Source of the DNA: a virus
Virus record (IMG/VR): IMGVR_UViG_3300031566_000016
Coordinates: 1-64,000 of that record
Direction: 5' to 3' (one strand)
Length of the DNA stretch: 64,000 bases
In this document: piece by piece, positions 1 to 7,894 of the stretch
How the letters are laid out: every line of letters begins with the position of its first letter
Numbering within the stretch: position 1 is the stretch's first letter
Program-made: the position numbers and the translations under genes
The notes under the pieces: model-generated
What the model saw: the letters and a program-made list of their open reading frames with translations, nothing else
Told to the model about the DNA's origin: nothing
The model's database searches: none

Positions 1-210
1 GTGGCTGCAGTACGCCCCATTCGCCGGGCAGTCGCACGTCCACTTCTGCTTCTTCACCCACCAGCGCACCGTGTACTCGCCGGTCGCGCCCTGCACCTTC
101 CAGGTGGGCCAGTCGCCGTGATACTTGCGGACGCCACAGGCCGCCACGATCTCGGCGGCCTTGGATTCGACGGCGGGGGAGAATGTGGTCTCTGCTGCCA
201 CGCTAATCAC
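1..210 (-). CDS. SWIM zinc-finger protein (runs off window edge)
   Basis: Manual translation from GTG at 210: ...KVQGATGEYTVRW...WTCDCPANGAYCSH, a CxC-x5-CxH SWIM motif. Not in the ORF track because it is truncated. Confidence 0.65.
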   Translation of the reverse strand, partial: MISVAAETTFSPAVESKAAEIVAACGVRKYHGDWPTWKVQGATGEYTVRWWVKKQKWTCDCPANGAYCSH

Positions 211-422
211 CCATCCCCGTGTCTACTTGCTAAGGCACCGACCTCGGATAAATCCCCGGGCCCCGACTCTTGTCCGTACTCCACATATTCCATGGATTTG
301 TGCTTTGGTTTGCCGCAGATACTGCAACGACCAACGCCCGGACGGATTGAGAACGACTTGCACTCCAGGCAGAATGCCCGCGTTTGCGTGCGAGTGCTCG
401 GTTTCGCGCCCATTGCATCCAC
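207..422 (-). CDS. small Zn-ribbon protein
   Basis: CLEC...CSICG; overlaps the next start by 4 nt. Confidence 0.5.
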   Translation of the reverse strand: MDAMGAKPSTRTQTRAFCLECKSFSIRPGVGRCSICGKPKHKSMEYVEYGQESGPGDLSEVGALASRHGDG

Positions 423-536
423 CTATGCCTTCTTCGGGATCAATGCTGCCAGCAGAAACAGCACCCCGGCGCCGCTCAGAACACCCATGATGTAGCCGGC
501 CCAGAAGGGCACGACGTGCCAGCCTTGCTCGATCAT
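423..536 (-). CDS. small single-TM peptide (37 aa)
   Basis: Manual translation MIEQGWHVVPFWAGYIMGVLSGAGVLFLLAALIPKKA, preceded by AAGGAG. Confidence 0.45.
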   Translation of the reverse strand: MIEQGWHVVPFWAGYIMGVLSGAGVLFLLAALIPKKA

Positions 537-549
537 CTCAGTCTCCTTG

Positions 550-729
550 TCATCTCTTCTCCCCCATGCCCGTGCATACCCGCTGCCCTCGCAGCATCGC
601 CCAGTGGCAGACCCCGCAGCCGGCGCACGTGGCCCGCGTCAGCCCGTTGCCGGGGTACGGCACCTGCACGTCCTTCCCGCAGGTGCACCGCAGGGTCAGC
701 TTCGCATTCGACGGCGGCGGCGTCCGCAT
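550..729 (-). CDS. small Cys-rich (Zn-finger-like) protein, 59 aa
   Basis: MRTPPPSNAKLTLRCTCGK...TCAGCGVCH...; GAGGTG RBS upstream. Confidence 0.5.
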   Translation of the reverse strand: MRTPPPSNAKLTLRCTCGKDVQVPYPGNGLTRATCAGCGVCHWAMLRGQRVCTGMGEKR

Positions 730-752
730 GGCTCACCTCTGTTGGCTTTCTG

Positions 753-1200
753 GAGGGGCCGGGCGTCTCCTTGTCCGGCACCCGGCCCCTCGTGGGATGG
801 TGCTGCGCACGACAACTTCATTGCCCTGCCCCTGGGGTAAGCGTTCAATGTTCCGCCTCCGGCGTCTGCGGTTTGGTGGTCTTCCTGCGTTTGCCCAAGG
901 GGCAGGGCTGTCATTGCGGAGAGCCGAGGCCTGCTTGATACCCAGTCCAACTTACTCAGGGGAGCGACCCCGTCCTAGAGGTTCCCATAGGGCGTAAAGT
1001 TGCTGCGGTGCCTTGGTACGCTCTCTACTCTGAGCGCCTGTACTCCCCAGCGGGCGGTCTGCCAAACCGCTCTCCGCAATCATCATGCCGCCGGGTAACC
1101 GTCCAGTCCACTCTGACGGGAATGCTGTCGTGGCCCCGGCGGCAAACCTGTCGTCTCAAGCTGCGCTACTCATCGCCCCCGGCACGTCGCGCACTCGACA
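753..1200 (-). ncRNA. array of ~5 abutting stem-closed structured RNA domains (array 1)
   Basis: Perfect inverted repeats 753-763/781-791 (11 bp), 823-833/898-908 (11 bp), 913-924/1069-1080 (12 bp), 1086-1095/1135-1144 (10 bp), and a weaker pair at 1149-1153/1196-1200. No credible ORF here. Confidence 0.55.
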
Positions 1201-1201
1201 A

Positions 1202-1897
1202 CTACGCCTTCTCCGCGCCGGTCTCCGCCATGATCTTCGCCAGTTGCTCCCGCGCCGTCAGCGTGGCATTGTCAGCATCCAACTTCAATGCGATGGCCTC
1301 CTTGATCTGCAGCGCCACCGACCATGCATTGTCAGCCGTCTGCATCGCCGCGGCCAGTTCGGCCGCGTCAACTCCGGTGATCGGCTCGGCCACCACCTCG
1401 ACCACACGGTTCGCGATCAACAGGTTTCGGCACATGGCCGCCACGGACTTCTCCAGGAACTCCAGCGCGGCGGCGAAGTCAGCGATGTTCGGCTTGAGCT
1501 GGACCGCCACGATCAGGGCGATTTCCAGCTTCGCGATGCTGTGCCACTTCTCGTTCGACCGGTACTGGTCCGGGACCAGTAGCTCGGTGATCTCCAGTTT
1601 GAAGTTGTACTTCTGCTCGGTCAGTTCCGGCTGGCCTTCCTCGTGGTCGCAGACGGGTACCAGCCCATTGGGGAACCCGGCTTTCGTCAACGTGTCTTGG
1701 GCCACCATCGCGGCCCCCAACATGAGCCGGGAGAGCGGCCCCGCCAATCCCTCCAGCGTCAGGTCAATGCGCGTCTGCACGTCCTTGTCGCCGTCCTCTT
1801 TGACGCGCCCCAGCACCAGTTCCGTCGCGAAGTCCGCTGTCTGGTAGCTGGGGTTCACGGCCATCTTCAGATACATCGTTCCCATGTCGTCACTCAC
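1202..1897 (-). CDS. hypothetical phage protein
   Basis: Long ORF with GAGG RBS and normal composition; no motif recognised. Confidence 0.7.
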   Translation of the reverse strand: MSDDMGTMYLKMAVNPSYQTADFATELVLGRVKEDGDKDVQTRIDLTLEGLAGPLSRLMLGAAMVAQDTLTKAGFPNGLVPVCDHEEGQPELTEQKYNFKLEITELLVPDQYRSNEKWHSIAKLEIALIVAVQLKPNIADFAAALEFLEKSVAAMCRNLLIANRVVEVVAEPITGVDAAELAAAMQTADNAWSVALQIKEAIALKLDADNATLTAREQLAKIMAETGAEKA

Positions 1898-2348
1898 CTC
1901 TCTGGTTGCACTGCTCACACTCGCAGAGCGGGTCGTCCGGGATGTGCCTCGGCGACATCATCGCCCAGCACTGCCGCCCCAACTCCGTCGTCTCGTCGCG
2001 CACCACCTGCGGCTTCACGTCCGCCCCCACCGTGCCGATCTTGCGGATGCTCATTGGGTCCTTGAACTCGATCATGAAGTCTGTGTCGGCTGCGACGAAC
2101 AGGGCACGAGCTTGTCCCCTGGTGTGCGCGATCACAACGTCACAGACCCGAGCGTACTCAGGGGGATCATAGGAGCCCGACCCGCGCCATGCTTCGCCAT
2201 CACCAGCGTCGCAGTAGTACACGTTCATGGTCTGGCCCCCGTCCCAGCCCTCGGCGTGGGCGCGCTCCGTCCGCGCCGCCCGCGCCTCCTCCCGCGCCGC
2301 CACCTCCCGCGCCTCCGCCTGTATCGGCAAGCCCCAGTTGGTGCTCAT
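1890..2348 (-). CDS. hypothetical phage protein
   Basis: ORF coupled to its neighbours; C-terminal CECEQC. Confidence 0.6.
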   Translation of the reverse strand: MSTNWGLPIQAEAREVAAREEARAARTERAHAEGWDGGQTMNVYYCDAGDGEAWRGSGSYDPPEYARVCDVVIAHTRGQARALFVAADTDFMIEFKDPMSIRKIGTVGADVKPQVVRDETTELGRQCWAMMSPRHIPDDPLCECEQCNQRGE

Positions 2349-2737
2349 ATCCTTGGCTCCCGACTTCCCAGCCCGGCCAGGATGTGTTCGAGGTCTGCCG
2401 CGAGGCGCGTGAACGCATAGGTCGTCTCATAGAGAAGCTCCCCCAGTTCTACATCGTCCTGCACATCAGACCAGTCCATTGTCAGCGTCTCTACAATTTC
2501 GCGCTCATCGTCCCGCAGGACGCACTTCACCGTGTAGACCCGCTGCTGCGTTGGCTTCGCTCGATAGGTCAACTTAGCATACGGAAAGCGCCCTCGCACG
2601 ACGACGAGACACATTTTGATGATGGCCGAGGGCGTCTTGTCCACCACCGCCTGCAAGTCTTCGCGGGAGCAGTGGCCGGCGATGTCAGCAAGCATCTGGT
2701 CGCCGCGCTCTTTCGTGAACTCCGGGTGGTCGCTCAC
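2345..2737 (-). CDS. hypothetical phage protein
   Basis: GTGA-coupled to the upstream gene; start reassigned to GTG 2737. Confidence 0.55.
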   Translation of the reverse strand: MSDHPEFTKERGDQMLADIAGHCSREDLQAVVDKTPSAIIKMCLVVVRGRFPYAKLTYRAKPTQQRVYTVKCVLRDDEREIVETLTMDWSDVQDDVELGELLYETTYAFTRLAADLEHILAGLGSREPRI

Positions 2738-2970
2738 GGCTCCACGCTTCCTCCAACGATCTTCAGGCAGCGACGGCATACGGGCAGCGCGGCGATCTTC
2801 TCCATCGGCATCGTCGCGGTATCCACGACCACCTGCATCATCCCACAAGCCGTGTGCCCCATATACCGCGTTCCCTCTGGTAGAAGGTGGCGCTTTGCCA
2901 TGGTGCGCTTCTGCCCAGACGACCGGATCACGTAGATCATCCATCCAGCCACAGTTCCTCTGTCGCTCAC
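2734..2970 (-). CDS. small His/Cys (Zn-binding) protein
   Basis: RH...TACG...CRRC; coupled to neighbours. Confidence 0.5.
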   Translation of the reverse strand: MSDRGTVAGWMIYVIRSSGQKRTMAKRHLLPEGTRYMGHTACGMMQVVVDTATMPMEKIAALPVCRRCLKIVGGSVEP

Positions 2971-3116
2971 GGCTCCCGCTCCTTCCACTGGCGCAGCCAG
3001 CGCCGCTCCCGCCGGATGTCCCGCACCAGCAGCACCGCGCAGACCACGATCACCAGCGCGAAGAAGCCGAGCACGATGTCATTGACCAGCGCCACCGGCG
3101 TCATGCTCTCGGCCAT
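2967..3116 (-). CDS. small membrane protein
   Basis: GGAGG RBS; MAESMTPVALVNDIVLGFFALVIVVCAVLLVRD has one TM segment. Confidence 0.55.
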   Translation of the reverse strand: MAESMTPVALVNDIVLGFFALVIVVCAVLLVRDIRRERRWLRQWKEREP

Positions 3117-3142
3117 CTCAGTCCTCCGTTTGGATGTAGGGG

Positions 3143-3536
3143 GCCGCCGGGCCGATCTCGGCGCAGAAGGAGGGCACCCCTGCGCTACGACCCGGCGGCT
3201 GCGACTTGAGAGACGCGGACTCTGCGGGACGCGCCTCCCAAAAAGTAGCGGAGGGGGCTGCTTAGTGTTCCCCTGCACGCTTCGCAGGGCGGGTAGCACA
3301 GCCACAATCTCCGGCCTGTCCTCTCCCGGCGTCCCGGTCAAGCAAGGCCCTCCGCAAAACTACTGGTGTGCCGGCCCTCCTATCCCAGGGAGCGACTTGT
3401 CGGAGGCCCTTTCTCTCAGGTCTGCTCTGAGGGAGCCCTTGTGGGTCCGTCACGCGCTGGCGCTTCCTTCGGTGCGGCCGCTCAGACCACGGCCCGCCCT
3501 TCCAGATACCCGGCGCGCTTCTCCACCGACACACCA
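3143..3536 (-). ncRNA. array of 4 abutting stem-closed structured RNA domains (array 2)
   Basis: Stems 3143-3154/3188-3199, 3210-3217/3230-3237, 3248-3255/3348-3355 and 3364-3374/3526-3536. The stem imperfections read as G-U pairs only on the minus strand. Confidence 0.55.
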
Positions 3537-3545
3537 AATCTCAAG

Positions 3546-3989
3546 CTACGCTTCGTCCTTCTCGGTCGCCAACCGCAGCCCTGGCACATCCACCTCAGTC
3601 CGTATCTCCACCAGCACCCCATCCTCGAACACCGCCAGCGTCTCCCGCAATCGCTGCTCCACGTTGTCCCCAATCCGGCCCACGAAGAGCGCTTGTTGCA
3701 CCCCCGCCGCCACCTCCTGGCCCATCTCCAACCCCGCCAGCGCCTCCAGTTGCGCGTTGATGCCCCGCCGCTCCTCATTCACTGCGCGGAGCTGCTCGTC
3801 GATCTGCGCGATGGCGTTGCCGGGGACATTGGGCTGTAGGATGGCCTGCCCGCGCAGTTTCGTCAGCCGATCGCGTTCCTGTAGGAGTTGAGTCTGGGCC
3901 TGCTCCAGCTTCGCCCGCTGGTCGTCCTTGAACTGCTTCGTCACGATCACGCGGATGCCCACTTGCCCGATGAAGGTCAGTTCGTCCAT
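3546..3989 (-). CDS. ylqD: YlqD-family protein
   Basis: N-terminal V-x-IRVIVT, central coiled coil, then LEMGQEV...VGRIGDN...VFEDGVLVEIR, the layout of the YlqD family. Confidence 0.7.
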   Translation of the reverse strand: MDELTFIGQVGIRVIVTKQFKDDQRAKLEQAQTQLLQERDRLTKLRGQAILQPNVPGNAIAQIDEQLRAVNEERRGINAQLEALAGLEMGQEVAAGVQQALFVGRIGDNVEQRLRETLAVFEDGVLVEIRTEVDVPGLRLATEKDEA

Positions 3990-4624
3990 CAAGCATCCTC
4001 CTTCTCGGCGGCGGCCAGCTCCGCCAGTCGCTCCGCGTATTCGTCTATCTCGCCGACCTCCGGGGCCACGGCGTCAGCCGCCGGCGCAGCAGCCGGCGCC
4101 ACCAGATCCTCCACCAGCCGGTCGCTTGCCGCATCCGACCACGGGGCCGGGTACAGGTCAGGGAACAGGACCCTGTGCGCCGCCAGCCACCCGCGACATG
4201 CCTCCAGGGTATGCACAGACCGCGCCTCGCCCCGGTCGCATTTGTCCACAAAGTCCTGCATGATGAGTTGAGCACCGCGGAGCGCAGACATGCCAACGGC
4301 CGCGGGGTCGAGGATGCCGCGTTCCTTTCCGAACGGGTACACGTCCGCCCCCTCGTGGACCGCCATCGCCGGGCACGGCCCCACCGGCCGCGCCCCCTCC
4401 GCGTCCGCCAACACCGCCGCCAACTCCTCCCGCCGCCCCGCCGCCCGAGGCTCGCCGCGCTCCCGCGCCAGCGCCGCCTGCGCGTCCTCTAAGCCCCGCC
4501 GCCATGCGTCGGCCTCCGTCTGGGCATCGGCCACCTTCGAGGCCGCCAGCAGCGCAGCGATCACGATGCCCACCCCGCCCCCCAGGATGAACGCCACGAC
4601 TACCCACGCTGCTGCTACGTGCAT
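3989..4624 (-). CDS. membrane-anchored hypothetical protein
   Basis: N-terminal TM (WVVVAFILGGGVGIVIAALLAA) followed by a helical region. Confidence 0.6.
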   Translation of the reverse strand: MHVAAAWVVVAFILGGGVGIVIAALLAASKVADAQTEADAWRRGLEDAQAALARERGEPRAAGRREELAAVLADAEGARPVGPCPAMAVHEGADVYPFGKERGILDPAAVGMSALRGAQLIMQDFVDKCDRGEARSVHTLEACRGWLAAHRVLFPDLYPAPWSDAASDRLVEDLVAPAAAPAADAVAPEVGEIDEYAERLAELAAAEKEDA

Positions 4625-4625
4625 G

Positions 4626-4841
4626 TCACTTGTCCTCCTGGGTGGATGATGCGGCCAGCGCCTGCGCCCGCTCGTCGTCCAGTCTCGCTTGTTCGAGGAT
4701 CAGGTTCAGGAGGTTATTCGCCGAGCGACCCTGGCTGGACGCATTGGACTCCAGCCACTCCATGCTGGCGCGGGGGATACGAAAGCTGCGTAGTTTGGTG
4801 CGAGGCTCGGGTGGTGTAGGAGTATCGGCGCGCTTTGTCAT
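4626..4841 (-). CDS. Arc/CopG-like ribbon-helix-helix regulator
   Basis: LRSFRIPRASMEWLESNASSQGRSANNLLNLILEQA fits the RHH pattern; first gene after a promoter. Confidence 0.7.
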   Translation of the reverse strand: MTKRADTPTPPEPRTKLRSFRIPRASMEWLESNASSQGRSANNLLNLILEQARLDDERAQALAASSTQEDK

Positions 4842-4868
4842 CTGGGGTCTGCCCTCCTGTGATGACAA

Positions 4869-4897
4869 AGTATAGCGAGTGTTTCGACGTGTGTCAA
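4869..4897 (-). promoter_or_regulatory. sigma70-type promoter TTGACA-17-TATACT
   Basis: Near-consensus boxes. Upstream palindrome TTGTGT-N3-ACACAA (4907-4921) is a candidate operator. Confidence 0.8.
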
Positions 4898-5033
4898 CGT
4901 AATTCTTTGTGTACAACACAAGGAAGCTCCCGCAGACGCCTGAAAGCTCCCCGGCACCCCGAGTGGAGGGGGGTAGCCCCACTTTTCTCCAGCGCAGGCC
5001 ACAGGCACGTCTGTACCCATGCAGGAGAGGCAG

Positions 5034-5070
5034 AACAGAGAACGCCGCCCCGGCATAGGCCAGGGCGGCG
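5034..5070 (-). terminator. intrinsic terminator ending the late/accessory operon
   Basis: CGCCGCCC/GGGCGGCG stem (5043-5070) followed on the minus strand by TTCTCTGTT. Confidence 0.5.
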
Positions 5071-5097
5071 CAGATACATCATTCCGTGCGGCAAGCC

Positions 5098-5301
5098 TCA
5101 GAGCTTGAGGTCTTCCTTCACCTGCGCGGCGGTCGGCGTCTGGTGTTGGCACACGAAGCGCAGTGCCTTCCACACGAGGTCGAACGCCTTCTGGAAGGGC
5201 GTGATCTTGTACCCGGCACTGAGGGCCAGAGTGCAGTACAGCAGGGCGTCCTTCTTCTGGCGGTTGAGGTAGGACAGCATCATCGTTGTGGCCAGGCTCA
5301 T
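5098..5301 (-). CDS. hypothetical protein
   Basis: Short ORF at the operon end. Confidence 0.5.
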   Translation of the reverse strand: MSLATTMMLSYLNRQKKDALLYCTLALSAGYKITPFQKAFDLVWKALRFVCQHQTPTAAQVKEDLKL

Positions 5302-5307
5302 TTCAGG

Positions 5308-5625
5308 TCACCCTTCCTCTGGGTCGAGTGGAACGGATGGTGCGACTGCATAGGTCTTGCTCAGGATCTCCCACGGGCCGACAGCGAAGACCATCGCCAC
5401 TGCCCATTGCATCCAGAACTGCGGCGTGGTGCCGGTCACCACGATCGTCGTCGCGGCGGTAGCAGCGGCGACGGCCAGCAGCTTCGTGACCTTCGCGGCG
5501 GCGGTGTCGCTCAGCGGCCTGCCGGACCAATGGCATATCGCCTTGATGAGCGCGAACACAGCCATGACCACGAGTCCCTGAAGTGCGGCCTGCTGATCGG
5601 GCGGCAGTTGCGTATACCAGTCCAT
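5308..5625 (-). CDS. holin-like membrane protein
   Basis: 105 aa, 2-3 hydrophobic segments, AAAGGAG RBS, end of the late operon. Confidence 0.5.
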   Translation of the reverse strand: MDWYTQLPPDQQAALQGLVVMAVFALIKAICHWSGRPLSDTAAAKVTKLLAVAAATAATTIVVTGTTPQFWMQWAVAMVFAVGPWEILSKTYAVAPSVPLDPEEG

Positions 5626-5659
5626 GTGCGTTCTCCTTTGCTCCAGAGTGTCCCGGCGG

Positions 5660-5764
5660 TCAATGCCGGGCTACGCTTACGATCACGTCCAGCACCGCGA
5701 CGAACACGGCGGCGGCAACGATGAACCCCACCAACTGCAACGCGTACCTCTGCAGCGTCGTCAT
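5660..5764 (-). CDS. small TM peptide (34 aa)
   Basis: MTTLQRYALQLVGFIVAAAVFVAVLDVIVSVARH; ATGA-coupled. Confidence 0.45.
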   Translation of the reverse strand: MTTLQRYALQLVGFIVAAAVFVAVLDVIVSVARH

Positions 5765-5919
5765 GGCCCCCACCTCGTAAAGCAGTAGTACCCGGCCAGC
5801 AGCGCCGCCAACCCCACCACGATCACACACCACAGTATCCGCAGCGCCACCCGCGCCATCGGGTCCTCGCGCTCAGGAGGCTCATCCGCGTCGGGCAGCA
5901 GCAGCGCCGGGGCGGTCAT
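5761..5919 (-). CDS. small TM peptide (52 aa)
   Basis: ...RVALRILWCVIVVGLAALLAGYYCFTRWGP. Confidence 0.45.
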   Translation of the reverse strand: MTAPALLLPDADEPPEREDPMARVALRILWCVIVVGLAALLAGYYCFTRWGP

Positions 5920-5920
5920 G

Positions 5921-6397
5921 TCATTGCCCCGCTATCGTCTTCGCCGCCTCCGCTACCGTCGGTGAGAACCGGATGAACACGGTGCCTAGAAGCATAATGA
6001 GCGCCACGATGATTGGCCCCAGGAACGCCCGCCAGCTCTTGCCGTACTTCACGTCTTCAATCAACTTCGGCAGCGGCTTCGTGACCTGCTCGATGTCATG
6101 CAGCCGCTGCCCGTGGCCGTCCATGTCCCCGCGCAATGACTTCAGGGTCTCCACCTGCTCCGCCTGCACCCGGTCGCACCCGGCCATGCGCTGCAACATC
6201 AGCGGATGCCCATCGGACGCGCTATGCTTGTCAATGCGATCCAGCAACTCCCGGATGATGGCGCGGGCCTCGGTCTTGAACTCCTTCAAGATGGCGGTCT
6301 GCGCTTCCGTCTGCGCCACAATAGTGGCGACATCGGCTTTGATGTCCCCGTGTTGGCTACAGAAGGTGTACGCCCGAACCGGCGGCTGCTCTGCCAT
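5921..6397 (-). CDS. coiled-coil protein with C-terminal TM (holin/XhlA-like architecture)
   Basis: Heptad-rich body plus FLGPIIVALIMLLGTVFIRF. Confidence 0.5.
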   Translation of the reverse strand: MAEQPPVRAYTFCSQHGDIKADVATIVAQTEAQTAILKEFKTEARAIIRELLDRIDKHSASDGHPLMLQRMAGCDRVQAEQVETLKSLRGDMDGHGQRLHDIEQVTKPLPKLIEDVKYGKSWRAFLGPIIVALIMLLGTVFIRFSPTVAEAAKTIAGQ

Positions 6398-6459
6398 GAT
6401 CCCGTACCCATGCCATGTATTGTGGGCAGTGCGTCGTCTCGCGGCTCGGCTCAACCCGG

Positions 6460-6630
6460 CTACTCCGGGCGCGGTCCGGCTTCAGCCTCCGCGCTCTCGT
6501 CGCCATCCCTCAGTATCTCGGCCAGCACCACCTCGGCCGGCTCCCGCGCCACGTCCCCCAGCGCGTTCACCCTCCGGCGCATCGCCCGCCCCAGCGCCAC
6601 AATCTCAGCTACCGCCGCCTCACGAGACAC
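6460..6630 (-). CDS. hypothetical protein
   Basis: Short ORF overlapping the end of the GT2 gene. Confidence 0.35.
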   Translation of the reverse strand: MSREAAVAEIVALGRAMRRRVNALGDVAREPAEVVLAEILRDGDESAEAEAGPRPE

Positions 6631-7471
6631 CTGCGGCCTCCGTCCAACCTGCGGCCTCCCGCAACTCCCACACCCTCTCATCTCCGTTGACGACGTGCCC
6701 CATATACTCCGACAACCACTCCCGGTGCTTCAACACAATCCACTGTCGCATCAGGGGCCAGTCACCCTTCGTCCGCAGGCTGTCGTCGCGATCCCGCCTC
6801 CAACAGTACACTTTCGGCGAACAGTGTACCTTCAAGCCCCGAGAAAGGCAAGCCACAAGTAGCTCCGCATCCTCCGCCACAACCATGCTTTCGTCCAGCC
6901 AGAGGCCGCGCTCGATGCAGGCATTGCGGCGCAACGTCACCGCACAGGTGCCGCAACCAGTCGCTCCCACGACGTTGTGCGGCGTCACCGGCACCGCCAG
7001 GCTATCCTTCTCCCACTCCTGCGGGTGTCGGCGCCACTTGCGCTTCTGGCCGTAGATCAGCGACGCCCCGGTCGCCCGGAACTCCTCCAGCGTGTCCGCG
7101 ATCCGGTACTCCGGCATCATGTCGTCGGCATCCATGAAGATCAGGAACTCGCCGGACGCCTGCCGTATGGCATGGTTGCGCGCCGCAGATGCTCCCCGGT
7201 TGACCTTGTGCTGCAGGCACCTGGTCGAGATCCCCAGCCCGGACAAGTCCGCGAGGCAGTCCCAGGTATCGTCCGTGCTGGCGTCATCCACGATCACGAT
7301 TTCATTCGGCCGGCGCGTTTGCCACTCACAGGAACGCAGGGCCTCATACAGCGTCGTGGCGGCGTTGTAGACGGGGACGATGACAGAGACGGTGCCAGGG
7401 CTGGTGCGGCGGGTGTGGAGTTCCCACGGGTGCCAGGGAATGTAGGGAAGAAAGCCGCAGCGCGGGCGCAT
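6620..7471 (-). CDS. glycosyltransferase family 2
   Basis: VSVIVPVYN, IVIVDDASTD, NRGASAARN, FMDADD (DxD), AED. Confidence 0.92.
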   Translation of the reverse strand: MRPRCGFLPYIPWHPWELHTRRTSPGTVSVIVPVYNAATTLYEALRSCEWQTRRPNEIVIVDDASTDDTWDCLADLSGLGISTRCLQHKVNRGASAARNHAIRQASGEFLIFMDADDMMPEYRIADTLEEFRATGASLIYGQKRKWRRHPQEWEKDSLAVPVTPHNVVGATGCGTCAVTLRRNACIERGLWLDESMVVAEDAELLVACLSRGLKVHCSPKVYCWRRDRDDSLRTKGDWPLMRQWIVLKHREWLSEYMGHVVNGDERVWELREAAGWTEAAGVS

Positions 7472-7698
7472 GGCGGTGAGGGGCGGCGTCAGCGAGCGGG
7501 GGATGCGTAGCCTACTCATCATCGTCCTCCCATGAGGCGATCCCCGCGCGCAGTTGCCGTACAAGGTCGTGGTCGCGGTCCCGCTCGCGGCGTCGGCCCT
7601 TCACCTTCGTCGCGGACTTCGCATAGCGCCGCCCGTTCTCCTGGCCATGCAGGCGTTCCGCCCTGTCTCGTGTCGGCACTGCTACACCACCTCCCGAG

Positions 7699-7893
7699 TT
7701 ATCGCCCGCTGAGCCAATTACTGAACCTCGAACCAACGATCATCAGAAGCAGAACAGGGAACAGGACTACGATGAAAACCCTGTAGTCTGATACCGTGAA
7801 CTCGACCATTGGTGTCTGAAATGGATTGCGGAATCTGTCGTGCAGAAAACCAGCGAAGACACATGCCACGACACCTACCAGAATGTATAGCAC
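7699..7893 (-). CDS. small 2-TM membrane protein, AT-richer than its flanks
   Basis: Two hydrophobic segments. Confidence 0.45.
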   Translation of the reverse strand: MLYILVGVVACVFAGFLHDRFRNPFQTPMVEFTVSDYRVFIVVLFPVLLLMIVGSRFSNWLSGR

Positions 7894-7894
7894 C

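Noticed and set aside
1048-1068. Resemblance to 16S rRNA (CCGCCTGGGGAGTAC)
   Set aside because: Short, interrupted match with no flanking rRNA similarity.
748-3540. Canonical tRNA, tmRNA, SRP RNA or hammerhead ribozyme in the RNA arrays
   Set aside because: No TTCRA T-loop or cloverleaf, no tmRNA ends, no CUGANGA/GAAA core; CCGAAGGAAGC only partly resembles SRP domain IV.
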